This document shows positions 26,519 through 35,457 of a stretch of 61,495 bases of DNA, piece after piece; the first letter of the stretch is position 1; each line of letters starts with the position of its first letter. The stretch lies in UHGV virus genome UHGV-0177730; one strand, written 5' to 3'. The notes below the pieces were generated by a model. That model was not told where the DNA came from. It ran no database searches and was given only the letters and a program-made list of their open reading frames with translations. Source of the DNA: a virus. A program made the translations under genes and the position numbers.

Positions 26519-27427
26519 ATGTACACAAACAAGTATCATCTGCCCAAAGCATTTGAGGATGCCCTTCAACCTCAACCTTATGACCCTGTTGGTGCATCAG
26601 ACTACAGTGCTACGTCACTGATTGATAGTCCACGTTATGTGCAGCTCTATAAGAGACACAAGCATGAGATTGTTGAAGACCTGATGGATCAATGGTATGT
26701 CTGGAGAGGTAACGCAGTACATCATGAGATGGAATCAGCTCTTTCAAAGAATCCAAAGTATCTGGTTGAACGTAAGATCACACGCTTTGACAAGCCTGAT
26801 GGAGGCGATGAGTCAACATACAGACGGGTCGTCGCAAAGTTTGACTTATATGATAAAGAGACACAAACTCTTTCCGACTGGAAAACTTGCTCCGCGTATA
26901 TGCACGGAAGCACTGGTAAGAAAGAATGGATTGACCAGCTCAACATCAATGCGTACTTCCTTGAGAAGGAGGGGTATCCTGTAAAGGATGTTGCCATCAA
27001 CGCCATCTATATGGATTGGAGACCTCAATCTGGACGGTACAAAGATGACAAGTATCCCGACTTACCTTTCAACGAATTCAGGTTCCGCGTGCTGCCTCTT
27101 GAAGAGCGCGAGTCCTACTACAAGGAACGCCTTCGTCTACACGTGGAAGCCGAATCCTGTAGCGACGACATGCTGCCAGTATGCACTCCGGACGAATGTT
27201 GGGAGAAACCTGCTAAGTATGCCGTTTACAAGGTAGGAGCAGCGAAAGCTACACGATTACTTGATTCTGAACAAGAGGCCAAGCAGTACATTATAGATAA
27301 TAAGCTTGGCCTCGGTTACAAGATTGAGTTTCGACCGGGTGAACGTACTCGCTGTGAGAAGTACTGTCCTGTAAAACAGTGGTGTAACCAGTACAAGGAG
27401 TGGAAAGATGCTCAAGGTAAGATATAA
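26519..27427 (+). CDS. PD-(D/E)XK-type nuclease with a C-terminal Cys cluster (Cas4/RecB-like Fe-S exonuclease candidate)
   Basis: Acidic/K motifs KFDLYDKE and C-terminal CSDDMLPVCTPDEC...CEKYCPVKQWC. Confidence 0.45.
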   Translation: MYTNKYHLPKAFEDALQPQPYDPVGASDYSATSLIDSPRYVQLYKRHKHEIVEDLMDQWYVWRGNAVHHEMESALSKNPKYLVERKITRFDKPDGGDESTYRRVVAKFDLYDKETQTLSDWKTCSAYMHGSTGKKEWIDQLNINAYFLEKEGYPVKDVAINAIYMDWRPQSGRYKDDKYPDLPFNEFRFRVLPLEERESYYKERLRLHVEAESCSDDMLPVCTPDECWEKPAKYAVYKVGAAKATRLLDSEQEAKQYIIDNKLGLGYKIEFRPGERTRCEKYCPVKQWCNQYKEWKDAQGKI

Positions 27428-27734
27428 CCCTAAGTGGTGTGAAGACTCGACCATCGAGCACGCATTTCGCTATACTGATGAGCAGTTCTCTGAGCTGTCT
27501 AAGGTATGGGCTGACCTAGGGCTTGAACTTCTTGTACATAAGCAGGAAGTCGACCCTATGATTGACATCATACAGAGGGACGAAGACGGCCTCATCGTGT
27601 ACGCTATGACTATCCGCGTTGGCGATTGGTTTAAGGTCGATCCTGCGGACAACGAATGGTACGTTGTTCCTAACAAGGAGCTCACGGAAAGATACATTGT
27701 CGTGGAAGAGGAGGCACCTAATGTACAAGCTTGA
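27408..27734 (+). CDS. Hypothetical protein
   Basis: 108-aa ORF. Confidence 0.35.
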   Translation: MLKVRYNPKWCEDSTIEHAFRYTDEQFSELSKVWADLGLELLVHKQEVDPMIDIIQRDEDGLIVYAMTIRVGDWFKVDPADNEWYVVPNKELTERYIVVEEEAPNVQA

Positions 27735-28008
27735 TTCAACTTGGGAGATTCTTTGTATACCTGAGAAGTCAGAGTTCTCTGAAGAAGAAAAGCAGCAGAT
27801 GAAAAGCCTTGTAAGCAGGTGCTCAGAAGTAGAAGATATCTCTTTCGTTCATGACTTTGAGTCTGATATGAAAGTTGTAGTGGAGTACTATAACGGCGGA
27901 AGTACGGTAGCTTCTGATGGATACATGGCTTACTGTGAAGACCTTGACATCCTGCTCTTACTGACTTATAAACAGTATGTTAAGTTCTTCAAGGAGGTGA
28001 TTGTGTAG
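27721..28008 (+). CDS. Hypothetical protein
   Basis: GAGGAGG upstream of ATG 27721. Confidence 0.35.
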   Translation: MYKLDSTWEILCIPEKSEFSEEEKQQMKSLVSRCSEVEDISFVHDFESDMKVVVEYYNGGSTVASDGYMAYCEDLDILLLLTYKQYVKFFKEVIV

Positions 28009-28166
28009 TGATTAGATATGAGTTGAGGATACCTGCCATTGTTACATATAGAGACAAGGGTATTGTCGATGTGCAACTTCGGTCTGGTATCAAGGTTACT
28101 TTGAAGGAAGACGACTTCGTTCGTTGCTTCAAGGTTATGAAGGATATCTCAACCATAGAGGACTAG
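28008..28166 (+). CDS. Small hypothetical protein (52 aa, GTG start), not in the ORF track
   Basis: AGGAGG lies 9 nt upstream of GTG 28008. Confidence 0.25.
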   Translation: MIRYELRIPAIVTYRDKGIVDVQLRSGIKVTLKEDDFVRCFKVMKDISTIED

Positions 28167-28168
28167 TG

Positions 28169-28432
28169 ATGAACAAGCTTGAACCGATGACTGTTGTCAA
28201 GCATTTCAAAGGTAACCAGTATCTCGTACTTGGGACTGCTAAACATACTGAACTCGGTGATGAGTTTGTTGTTTATCGTTCGCTTGATGGAGATCGCAAG
28301 TTGTTCGTTAGACCTATTGACATGTTCTTGTCTGATGTAGACAAGGAGAAGTACCCTGACGTGCAGCAGAAGGAACGGTTTGAATACGTAGCTCCTCTCA
28401 AAGATATCCTAGCAGCGAAGGCAACTGCATAG
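28169..28432 (+). CDS. DUF1653-like protein
   Basis: FKGNQYLVLGTAKHTELGDEFVVYRSLDG...VRPIDMF matches the DUF1653 pattern. ATG 28169 has AGAGGA upstream (the track start at 28124 is a TTG). Confidence 0.45.
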   Translation: MNKLEPMTVVKHFKGNQYLVLGTAKHTELGDEFVVYRSLDGDRKLFVRPIDMFLSDVDKEKYPDVQQKERFEYVAPLKDILAAKATA

Positions 28433-28485
28433 TGCTTAACTTTTTACAGGTGAGGTAGCTAAGGTTACCTCACCTATTACAAGGA

Positions 28486-28668
28486 ATGAGTATGCAAGTA
28501 TATGTCCTTCTTAGCCATGTGTATAACCCCGATACAGAATGCAACGATACGAAAGTAGTTGGTGTGTTCAAAGAAAGAGTACACTTTAAAGACAACATTA
28601 GGAAAGCCATTGAGGAAACTCTTGGCATTACCTTTGAACTTCAAGCTTGTGAGTATACGAATGATTAA
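28486..28668 (+). CDS. Small hypothetical protein
   Basis: AAGGAATGAG upstream. Confidence 0.35.
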   Translation: MSMQVYVLLSHVYNPDTECNDTKVVGVFKERVHFKDNIRKAIEETLGITFELQACEYTND

Positions 28669-28855
28669 GAAATTCATTGGGACTATCTGGCGGTGTGTGG
28701 CTAATGTGTACTGGGGTATGATGGTTGTGTTTAACCTTCCTCTCTTTCTCGTGGACATTGCTATCCGCGTAAAGACAAGCACGGAAGAAGATATCAAGCG
28801 TACCATCCAGCAGCTTGAACAGAACATTCAAGACATTGCAAAGGCAGGTATCTAA
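28657..28855 (+). CDS. Small membrane protein
   Basis: MIKKFIGTIWRCVANVYWGMMVVFNLPLFLV, with a predicted TM segment. Confidence 0.3.
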
Positions 28856-28857
28856 TA

Positions 28858-29225
28858 TGATTTATCCTAGCTCGCTGAACGTGTTCGGTCATGACGTAAG
28901 CGTAAAAGTTTTCAGTGACCCTATTGAGGTAGTGGAGGACGGTCAGAAGACTGATGTTGTACTTGCACAATATGATCCTCAGACGACTACCATTTCTCTG
29001 ATGCATGTCCCGGACAAGCCGGGAATTGGTGGCAGTAACTTCATACATGAGGTTATTGAAGCCATTGATGTGCACGGAGACTTGCAGTTGAACCATACAC
29101 AAATTTCCACACTGGCGTCTGGTTTGTATCAGGCGTTTGTGTCTGGGGAGGTAAACTTTGGACGAATCAAATATGAAGCTGTTCCCGTTGGAGAACGGGA
29201 GTACGTGTCCAATATGTTCCAGTAA
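28858..29225 (+). CDS. Hypothetical protein
   Basis: AAGGCAGG upstream of ATG 28858. Confidence 0.4.
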
Positions 29226-29343
29226 ACATGTTGACGTATACAAAGCACCGAACGGACTGCTCTTTGTTAAATGTTTTGGTTGTGGTTATGAATCTCCTCT
29301 TGTGGATACTGCTCAGCTGGCTAAGGTTATCTGGTTGCCTTAA
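29158..29343 (+). CDS. Small zinc-ribbon protein
   Basis: CPIC...CFGC. Confidence 0.3.
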   Translation: MDESNMKLFPLENGSTCPICSSKHVDVYKAPNGLLFVKCFGCGYESPLVDTAQLAKVIWLP

Positions 29344-29361
29344 CAGAGGTAGTGTGCATAT

Positions 29362-29844
29362 GTGAGATCTATAAAATCAACCTATAACAAGACAAGGTTT
29401 GCTTCTAAGTTTGAAGCAGAACTTGCTAAAAAGTTCGACGAGCTTGGTATCAAGTGGGAGTATGAACCTTGTCGTATTCCTTGGCAGCCCGCTGTACGAT
29501 ATTATAAACCTGATTTTAAGGTTACACTTCCAAATGGTGAGGAGTTCTTTGTTGAAGCAAAGGGGTACTTTGATCCCTCTATGCGGAGTAAGATGGCTCA
29601 GATTCGTGAGCAACATCCAGACCTAGATATACGCTTTGTCTTCATGCTTGAAGATAAGATTATCTCTAGGTCTACAAAGAACCCCACTACGTACAAAATG
29701 TGGGCTAAGAAACACGGGTATCCGTGTTGGAAGCCAGATACCTTAGCTGAGAGTAACAGTACGAATGTCGAACGAAAGACTTGTAGAACAGGCAAACATG
29801 GAAACACTCGAAGAAGTAAAGGAAGCCATCAAGGACGCGCATAA
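29362..29844 (+). CDS. T7 endonuclease I-like Holliday-junction resolvase
   Basis: KFEAELAKKFDELGIKWEYEP...YKPDFKV...FVEAKGYFD...IREQHPDLDIRFVF closely parallels T7 gene 3 endonuclease I (LIREQHPELDIRIVF). Confidence 0.8.
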   Translation: MRSIKSTYNKTRFASKFEAELAKKFDELGIKWEYEPCRIPWQPAVRYYKPDFKVTLPNGEEFFVEAKGYFDPSMRSKMAQIREQHPDLDIRFVFMLEDKIISRSTKNPTTYKMWAKKHGYPCWKPDTLAESNSTNVERKTCRTGKHGNTRRSKGSHQGRA

Positions 29845-30073
29845 ACGCCACCCTGAGACGCATCCTTCTATCGAGCATTCTGCTTGGATTCTCAAAGAAG
29901 AAATGGCCGAGTTGAAACATGAGCTTTACAAACCGGAGAGATGGCGTGACACTACTGCGCTTTGTGAAGAAGCCTGTCAAGTTGCTGCTTCTGCTATCCG
30001 CCTGATTGCTGACATGAAAGTCCGTAAGATGGAAGGGTATAAGGAGAACGAACATTACCGTCACGCAGCGTAA
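29765..30073 (+). CDS. Hypothetical all-alpha protein (MazG-like NTP pyrophosphatase candidate)
   Basis: EE-rich helix KEEMAELKHEL. Start uncertain (29765 or 29798). Weak call. Confidence 0.3.
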   Translation: MSNERLVEQANMETLEEVKEAIKDAHKRHPETHPSIEHSAWILKEEMAELKHELYKPERWRDTTALCEEACQVAASAIRLIADMKVRKMEGYKENEHYRHAA

Positions 30074-30086
30074 GCTGAGGTAACAA

Positions 30087-30377
30087 ATGGGATTGATGTG
30101 TTTCTTTAAAGACCACAACTGGGAAAGCACTGAAGTGTGGACTGGCACTGCGTATGATATCATCCGCATTGAAGTCGAACAGTTCAAGTGTTCTCGTTGT
30201 GGTAAGACAAAGAAGTCTGTCAGAGTGTTTGGTAAGTTGAGTAAGAAAGTTGCAGAAGATATCGTTGACAATTCCACAGGAGTGGTTAATGATAGATATG
30301 TGAAGGATGAAACTTCACCTTCTGAAGTTATTACTCTTACCAGCACAAAGGAAGACGAATGCAAGAAGGCAGCGTAA
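30087..30377 (+). CDS. Small zinc-ribbon protein
   Basis: CSRCGK motif. Confidence 0.35.
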   Translation: MGLMCFFKDHNWESTEVWTGTAYDIIRIEVEQFKCSRCGKTKKSVRVFGKLSKKVAEDIVDNSTGVVNDRYVKDETSPSEVITLTSTKEDECKKAA

Positions 30378-31510
30378 AAGCATATAGTACCGCTCTTCTT
30401 TATGCACTGACAGCTAACGGCAAGACAATGACGTGGCAAGCTCATGTGTATGAGAATGAGAATGGTACAGCTAGTATACTTATCCAGTCTGGTTACGAAG
30501 GCGGTACTCTTAAGGAGACTACTCGTACCTATAACTGTGGTAAGAATGCTGGCAAGAAGAATGCTACGACTGCGCTACAACAAGCTGTGAATGAAACTAA
30601 GTCTAGGTTCAAGAAGCAGCTTGATAAAGGATACAGGGAGAGCAAGGCTGAGTTATCTGCTCTCCCTATTCGTCCTATGCTAGCTCAGTCTTATACAGAA
30701 CATCAAAACAAAGTCAAAGACAGCACGATCTATATCTGTCAACCCAAGCTCAACGGTGTGCGATGCACGTGCCAAAGACATGGTGACAAGTTAACCTTCC
30801 TGTCAAGAACAGGTAAGTTATACGATGTCTTGCAGCGCCACAAAAAGCTCTGCAAAGAGTTGCTTGAAGTTATGCCTGATGGGTGTGTATGGGACGGTGA
30901 GATATACTGCCACGGTATGCCACTGCAAGACATAGTGTCCGCTGTGAAAGCATACAGTCCTGCTACAGACAAGTTGCAGTACTGGGTGTACGACACCATC
31001 AGTGAAGAGCTTCAGTTTGAGCGTATCTCACGTTACCGTGCTTTGCTTGCAGACAAAGATCTTAAAAAAGTAGTGGCTTGCCCTATTGACTATATCAAAG
31101 GAATAGTTAATATAAAGAAGAAGCAGAAAGAATATCTTGCAGAAGGATACGAAGGACTGATGCTGCGTAAATACAGTGCCAAGTATCGGCAAGGTATTAG
31201 GTCTTATGATCTTCTGAAATATAAACAGTACAAAGATATTAACGCTAAGATATCAGGCTTTGTATCTGATGTGAACGGCGCTATTATCTTTATGTTTAGA
31301 CTAAACAATGAACCTTTCTATGCTGTACCTTCGTTTCCTTTAAAGACTCGACAGGCCATGTACAAAGAGGGAAGCGACAGACCTTTTAATTTCATAGGCA
31401 AAGTCGCTAACATCAGATGCGTAGAGTTTTCTAAGAAAGGTCTTCCCATCGGCAATCCAATTGTTACGCAGATAAGATTGGACGAAGATGTTGAGCAAAA
31501 GGCAGCATAA
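30359..31510 (+). CDS. ATP-dependent DNA ligase (motif I variant KLNGVR)
   Basis: Motif I KLNGVR (N in place of the usual D), motif III WDGEIY, motif IV EGLMLRK, motif V LLKYKQYK. About 120 extra N-terminal residues. Confidence 0.75.
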   Translation: MQEGSVKAYSTALLYALTANGKTMTWQAHVYENENGTASILIQSGYEGGTLKETTRTYNCGKNAGKKNATTALQQAVNETKSRFKKQLDKGYRESKAELSALPIRPMLAQSYTEHQNKVKDSTIYICQPKLNGVRCTCQRHGDKLTFLSRTGKLYDVLQRHKKLCKELLEVMPDGCVWDGEIYCHGMPLQDIVSAVKAYSPATDKLQYWVYDTISEELQFERISRYRALLADKDLKKVVACPIDYIKGIVNIKKKQKEYLAEGYEGLMLRKYSAKYRQGIRSYDLLKYKQYKDINAKISGFVSDVNGAIIFMFRLNNEPFYAVPSFPLKTRQAMYKEGSDRPFNFIGKVANIRCVEFSKKGLPIGNPIVTQIRLDEDVEQKAA

Positions 31511-31782
31511 TGAGCTTCTTCAACATGATTGACAAGGCACTCAAGCATTCTGATGATACTCCAATTCCTCTTCGTAGGAAGGATGAGCCTTACTGGGGTA
31601 CATTGCCAAGGATGTGTCGTCAGTGCACAAACAGAGAGGAAGCAACACCTCCAGCATCCTTGAAGAAAGCAGGAGTTAAACCCTGCCAGTTCTGCAAGGT
31701 GTTTGAGAAAGCGTGTTACATTGCGTCGGCAATGTGCCGTCGTGTTGCAGACCCTCTCAACTTTAAGGTAAAGAAAAAATGA
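31510..31782 (+). CDS. Small Cys-containing protein
   Basis: CRQCTNRE...CQFCK. Confidence 0.35.
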   Translation: MSFFNMIDKALKHSDDTPIPLRRKDEPYWGTLPRMCRQCTNREEATPPASLKKAGVKPCQFCKVFEKACYIASAMCRRVADPLNFKVKKK

Positions 31783-32138
31783 AAGACACTAAGTGGTTCA
31801 AGGCAAAAGAATTTCAGTGTAAGTGTGGGTGTAACACAAACGAGATGGACCAAGAGTTTGTGGATAAGCTTACCCTTGCACGCGAAATCGCCGGTATTCC
31901 TTTCGCTATTACTTCTGGTTACCGTTGTCCTGCACACAACAAGGCTGTTGGTGGTGTAGCTGGTTCTTCCCATACAACTGGGTACGCTGCTGATATCAGT
32001 GCGACTACTGGTGAACAGAAGTTCAAAATTGTTCAGGCTCTTATTACAGCAGGCTTTACTCGTGTTGGTATCGCTAAGTCTTTCATCCATGTGGATAGCG
32101 ATCCCAAGAAGCCGAGTCCGACTATTTGGTTGTACTAG
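31779..32138 (+). CDS. Peptidase M15A-family peptidoglycan hydrolase (endolysin candidate)
   Basis: SGYRCPAHNKAVGGVAGSSHTTGYAADIS: zinc-binding H/D pattern of the M15A / DUF882 family. Confidence 0.65.
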   Translation: MKDTKWFKAKEFQCKCGCNTNEMDQEFVDKLTLAREIAGIPFAITSGYRCPAHNKAVGGVAGSSHTTGYAADISATTGEQKFKIVQALITAGFTRVGIAKSFIHVDSDPKKPSPTIWLY

Positions 32139-32146
32139 GAGCTGAC

Positions 32147-32380
32147 ATGAAGTTCCGTGCTCGTTACCGTGGTAAAGGAGCCAACGGAAAGTATGTTACA
32201 ACTCAGATGTTTATTAACGCAACAAACGAAGTTGAAGCTAAGGAAGAAGCAAACAAGCGTATTCCAGAAGTGGTCAAGCGTTTGACTGAGCGTGAAGGAC
32301 AGGATGTTGGACATGTTGTCTGTTGGAAGATTGAACCTCATGAACAAAAGAAAAGAAAGGAAGAAATGTATGTCGGTTAA
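32147..32380 (+). CDS. Hypothetical protein
   Basis: TAGGAG upstream of ATG 32147. Confidence 0.35.
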   Translation: MKFRARYRGKGANGKYVTTQMFINATNEVEAKEEANKRIPEVVKRLTEREGQDVGHVVCWKIEPHEQKKRKEEMYVG

Positions 32381-32810
32381 TAAAGAAGCTGTGTTGGAAG
32401 AAGTGCGTGCTCAGTTGGCTGTTGAGAACTGGGTGAAAGATGTAGCTAAGGAGAATGAAGCCAGTGACGAATACAGTCCTCGTTCTAATCGTCTTCTTCT
32501 TTGGGACTGCTTTGCTGATGAAGTAGGCAGACACGTTGAAGAGTACACTGTTCCCCAGTATGGTGACTTCCCTGATGACAATGTTGCTTCTTGGTCTGCT
32601 GATGACTGTATCAAGCAGATTCAGAAGTACGTGAACCGTATGGACTCTAACTCTCGTGGTGAGCTTGAAGCTACGCGTGACCTGCTCAAGATTGCACACT
32701 ATGCTTCTCTTGTGTGGTGCAAGCGTCTTGGCTTTGAAGAAGCTCTTGCGGAAGTAAAGAAGGAACAGGACGCACAGCCTGAGGTTAAGGAAGAGGTGCA
32801 GAATGGGTAA
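32370..32810 (+). CDS. Hypothetical acidic protein
   Basis: AAGGAAG upstream of ATG 32370. Confidence 0.4.
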   Translation: MSVNKEAVLEEVRAQLAVENWVKDVAKENEASDEYSPRSNRLLLWDCFADEVGRHVEEYTVPQYGDFPDDNVASWSADDCIKQIQKYVNRMDSNSRGELEATRDLLKIAHYASLVWCKRLGFEEALAEVKKEQDAQPEVKEEVQNG

Positions 32811-33174
32811 GGTATACTTCGTCTTCCAAGATAAGCTCATACTTAGCCTGCTTGAGAACTATGCAGCAGCAGCTGGTAAGTTTGACGGATATGACGTTGT
32901 GTTCATGCATGTGAAAGACAGTGCAGACTTCAGTGAGAAAGGTACTGTCATCACAAAGGATGACGCTGTAGTCTATATTGACTTTCAGCCTGACTGTGAA
33001 CGTGCTCGCATTATTGCACATGAGCTTAAGTGTCCTATCCGTTGGTGTGATGAAGCTGGTCTTAAGATGATTGATGTTAAGCAGATCTTTAGGCTTGACC
33101 AGCAGGCAGCTCAAGCTGCTGTGGAAGCTGATGCTGTTGCACCTTTTGCACAAGGAGTAGAACTCAATGCCTAG
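32803..33174 (+). CDS. Hypothetical protein
   Basis: 123-aa ORF. Confidence 0.4.
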   Translation: MGKVYFVFQDKLILSLLENYAAAAGKFDGYDVVFMHVKDSADFSEKGTVITKDDAVVYIDFQPDCERARIIAHELKCPIRWCDEAGLKMIDVKQIFRLDQQAAQAAVEADAVAPFAQGVELNA

Positions 33175-34123
33175 TACGTATGTCTTTTACCACGAAGATG
33201 CTGATGGTCACTGCGCTGCTGCTGTCTTCAAGTATTCTTGTGAGCAGAGCGGTCAGAACGAAGAGCTTGACCTTCGCTCCATTAACTACGGGTATGACTC
33301 TGACAAGATGTTCGGTGATCTTGAAGCTGGTGCTCGGCTTGTGTTCCTTGACTTCTGTCCTACTGAAGAAGACCTCAAAGCTCTTCATGACAAAGGTTTT
33401 CCTATCGTAGTTGTTGACCACCACAAGTCTTCTGTGTGGGCTAAGGATTACGATACGACAGGCACGAACACGAAGCCTTACATCCGTGTGTACCACAGTA
33501 TCTATCAGTCTGGCTGTGAGATTGCTTGGGGAACCTTTATGGGTGAAGCCAAGATGCCTCCTGCTGTGTGGATGACTGGTAGGTACGATGTCTGGGATCA
33601 TCAAGCAGACGAACGCATTGTTCCTTTCATTACAGGAATGAAGCTCATCATCACCGACCCTGCTACGGAAGATGGTTATGAGTTCTGGAAAGCGTGCTTC
33701 GAAACTATTGACACTCTTCCTGCAGATGCACCTGACGAAGAACGTGCTAAGCGTATGAAGTGGGATGTAGTCTTGCAGCTTATCAACATGGGTAATGTTG
33801 CACACATGTATCGTCTTGGCCTTGCTGAGGAACGAGAACGTGCTGTGCATGACATGGTGATTGAAGGCAAGAAGTTCCTTATGGTGAACTCAAAGCTTTC
33901 TGATAGCTATGACTTCCCTATGCAGAAGCTTGATGACAGTTACTTTGGTTTTGGCTGGTACTACTGGGACGGAAAGGAATGGCACTTTAATATGCGATCT
34001 GAAGGTGACAATGACCTTACTACCGTTGCTGGTATCCGTGGTCACAAGAATGCAGCAGGTTTTGCGATGTATGGTTTCCAAGACCCCAACATCTACCTGA
34101 AGGCTGCTCATGAAAGTAATTGA
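33167..34123 (+). CDS. DHH-DHHA1 family phosphoesterase (NrnA/RecJ-like)
   Basis: Motif I YHEDADGH, motif III VVVDHHK, DHHA1 motif GIRGHKNAAGF. Confidence 0.6.
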   Translation: MPSTYVFYHEDADGHCAAAVFKYSCEQSGQNEELDLRSINYGYDSDKMFGDLEAGARLVFLDFCPTEEDLKALHDKGFPIVVVDHHKSSVWAKDYDTTGTNTKPYIRVYHSIYQSGCEIAWGTFMGEAKMPPAVWMTGRYDVWDHQADERIVPFITGMKLIITDPATEDGYEFWKACFETIDTLPADAPDEERAKRMKWDVVLQLINMGNVAHMYRLGLAEERERAVHDMVIEGKKFLMVNSKLSDSYDFPMQKLDDSYFGFGWYYWDGKEWHFNMRSEGDNDLTTVAGIRGHKNAAGFAMYGFQDPNIYLKAAHESN

Positions 34124-34796
34124 TCCTTCTGTCATAGTGTCTTTGCAATCTGCTCCACACTTCATCATGCAAACGATTGAAGAGGCCGGACGTACCTGTT
34201 ATAAATCGGAGGATAAGATCAATGAAACTTCACACGTGGCTTTCATCGAGCGACTTGTACGTCGAGGGCATGAAGCTATGCTCGAACACGGGTACGCTAC
34301 TGCACACTTTCGGGTTGACCGTGGTGTCTCTCATGAACTGGTGCGTCACCGCCTTGCGAGTTTCGCTCAAGAAAGTACTAGATATTGCAACTACAAGGAT
34401 AAGGACATTGAGTTCGTAAGGCCCGCTAGTATGGATGCTTATCCATATGAACTTTGGGTTAATGCGATGCTTAACGCTGAAGAGTCATACCAGCATATGA
34501 TGCAGAACAGTTGTACACCTCAACAGGCACGTTCTGTGTTGCCTAACTCCTTGGCTACAGACATCGTAGTTACAGCTAACCTTCGAGAATGGAGAACTAT
34601 CCTCAAACTTAGGTGTGCAAAGGATGCTCATCCGGACATGCGATACATTATGCTACGGCTGCTGAGTGATATGCATAAACTCTTTCCGCCTGTGTTTGAA
34701 GACATCTATCAACTTTATAAGGAGGAAGTAGATGAGCTTGCTAGAGACCTTGTGTATGTTCTTCCGCACACAGCAGAGTCCTCAAAAGAGGCCTAG
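34110..34796 (+). CDS. thyX: Flavin-dependent thymidylate synthase ThyX
   Basis: ThyX signature RHR-x7-S: LVRHRLASFAQESTRY. The N-terminal half matches the ThyX family pattern. Confidence 0.8.
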   Translation: MKVIDPSVIVSLQSAPHFIMQTIEEAGRTCYKSEDKINETSHVAFIERLVRRGHEAMLEHGYATAHFRVDRGVSHELVRHRLASFAQESTRYCNYKDKDIEFVRPASMDAYPYELWVNAMLNAEESYQHMMQNSCTPQQARSVLPNSLATDIVVTANLREWRTILKLRCAKDAHPDMRYIMLRLLSDMHKLFPPVFEDIYQLYKEEVDELARDLVYVLPHTAESSKEA

Positions 34797-34927
34797 TACT
34801 TGTCATTGGTATGAAGACCAGCAGTACAAAGATCAGTGTACTGACTGGATGTACCCAGACAAGTGTACCTGTGATACGTGTGACAATTATCAACCCTCAA
34901 TCTTTCTTGAAGAAAAGGCAAAGAAAC

Positions 34928-35068
34928 ATGACTAAGTTTGAAATCAAGGCTACCTGTAATGGCAAGGACTACAACATTGACTTTGAAGTTCCGAAGGATA
35001 TCAAGCAGGAAGAGTGGGATCAGTTCTCCAAGCTGCTGAAGATGGCATGTCAGCAGATGAGTAAGTAA
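34928..35068 (+). CDS. Small hypothetical protein
   Basis: 46 aa from ATG 34928 within track ORF 34811..35068. Confidence 0.25.
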   Translation: MTKFEIKATCNGKDYNIDFEVPKDIKQEEWDQFSKLLKMACQQMSK

Positions 35069-35070
35069 AC

Positions 35071-35331
35071 ATGTCAGTGTTCACTATTTCTGTTCCTTGT
35101 GTTAACGAGGTTGTCACCAGAGAGATTGAACTTCCTGTTGACATCACAAAGGAAAACGTTGACTTGTTCTTTTACAGGCTAGGTGGTTTCCTTGAGTTGG
35201 CACAGTGTAGCATGCAAGCCATTATGAGTATGGAGCCTACGGGCTCTGACCCAGAAAAGGAAGCATACTTTCAAAAGTATGGCCATATCATGCCTGAGGA
35301 TGAACAACGGTTGGCCTTGACAAAAGACTAA
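35071..35331 (+). CDS. Hypothetical protein
   Basis: 86-aa ORF. Confidence 0.35.
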   Translation: MSVFTISVPCVNEVVTREIELPVDITKENVDLFFYRLGGFLELAQCSMQAIMSMEPTGSDPEKEAYFQKYGHIMPEDEQRLALTKD

Positions 35332-35382
35332 TAAGCCTTATCTTATTTTATAAGATACATTGTGTTACCTTAAACGTAGTTG

Positions 35383-35434
35383 TTAGCTACGGCAGAGACA
35401 GGTAGCCTTTAAGTTGCCTGTCTCTGTGCTAACG
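35383..35434 (+). promoter_or_regulatory. Long nested hairpin (gttagc ... cagagacagg / cctgtctctg ... gctaac) without a following U-run
   Basis: Seen directly. Candidate RNA processing or attenuation element. Confidence 0.4.
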
Positions 35435-35457
35435 CTTAACTAACTAGAAGGTTAAAC

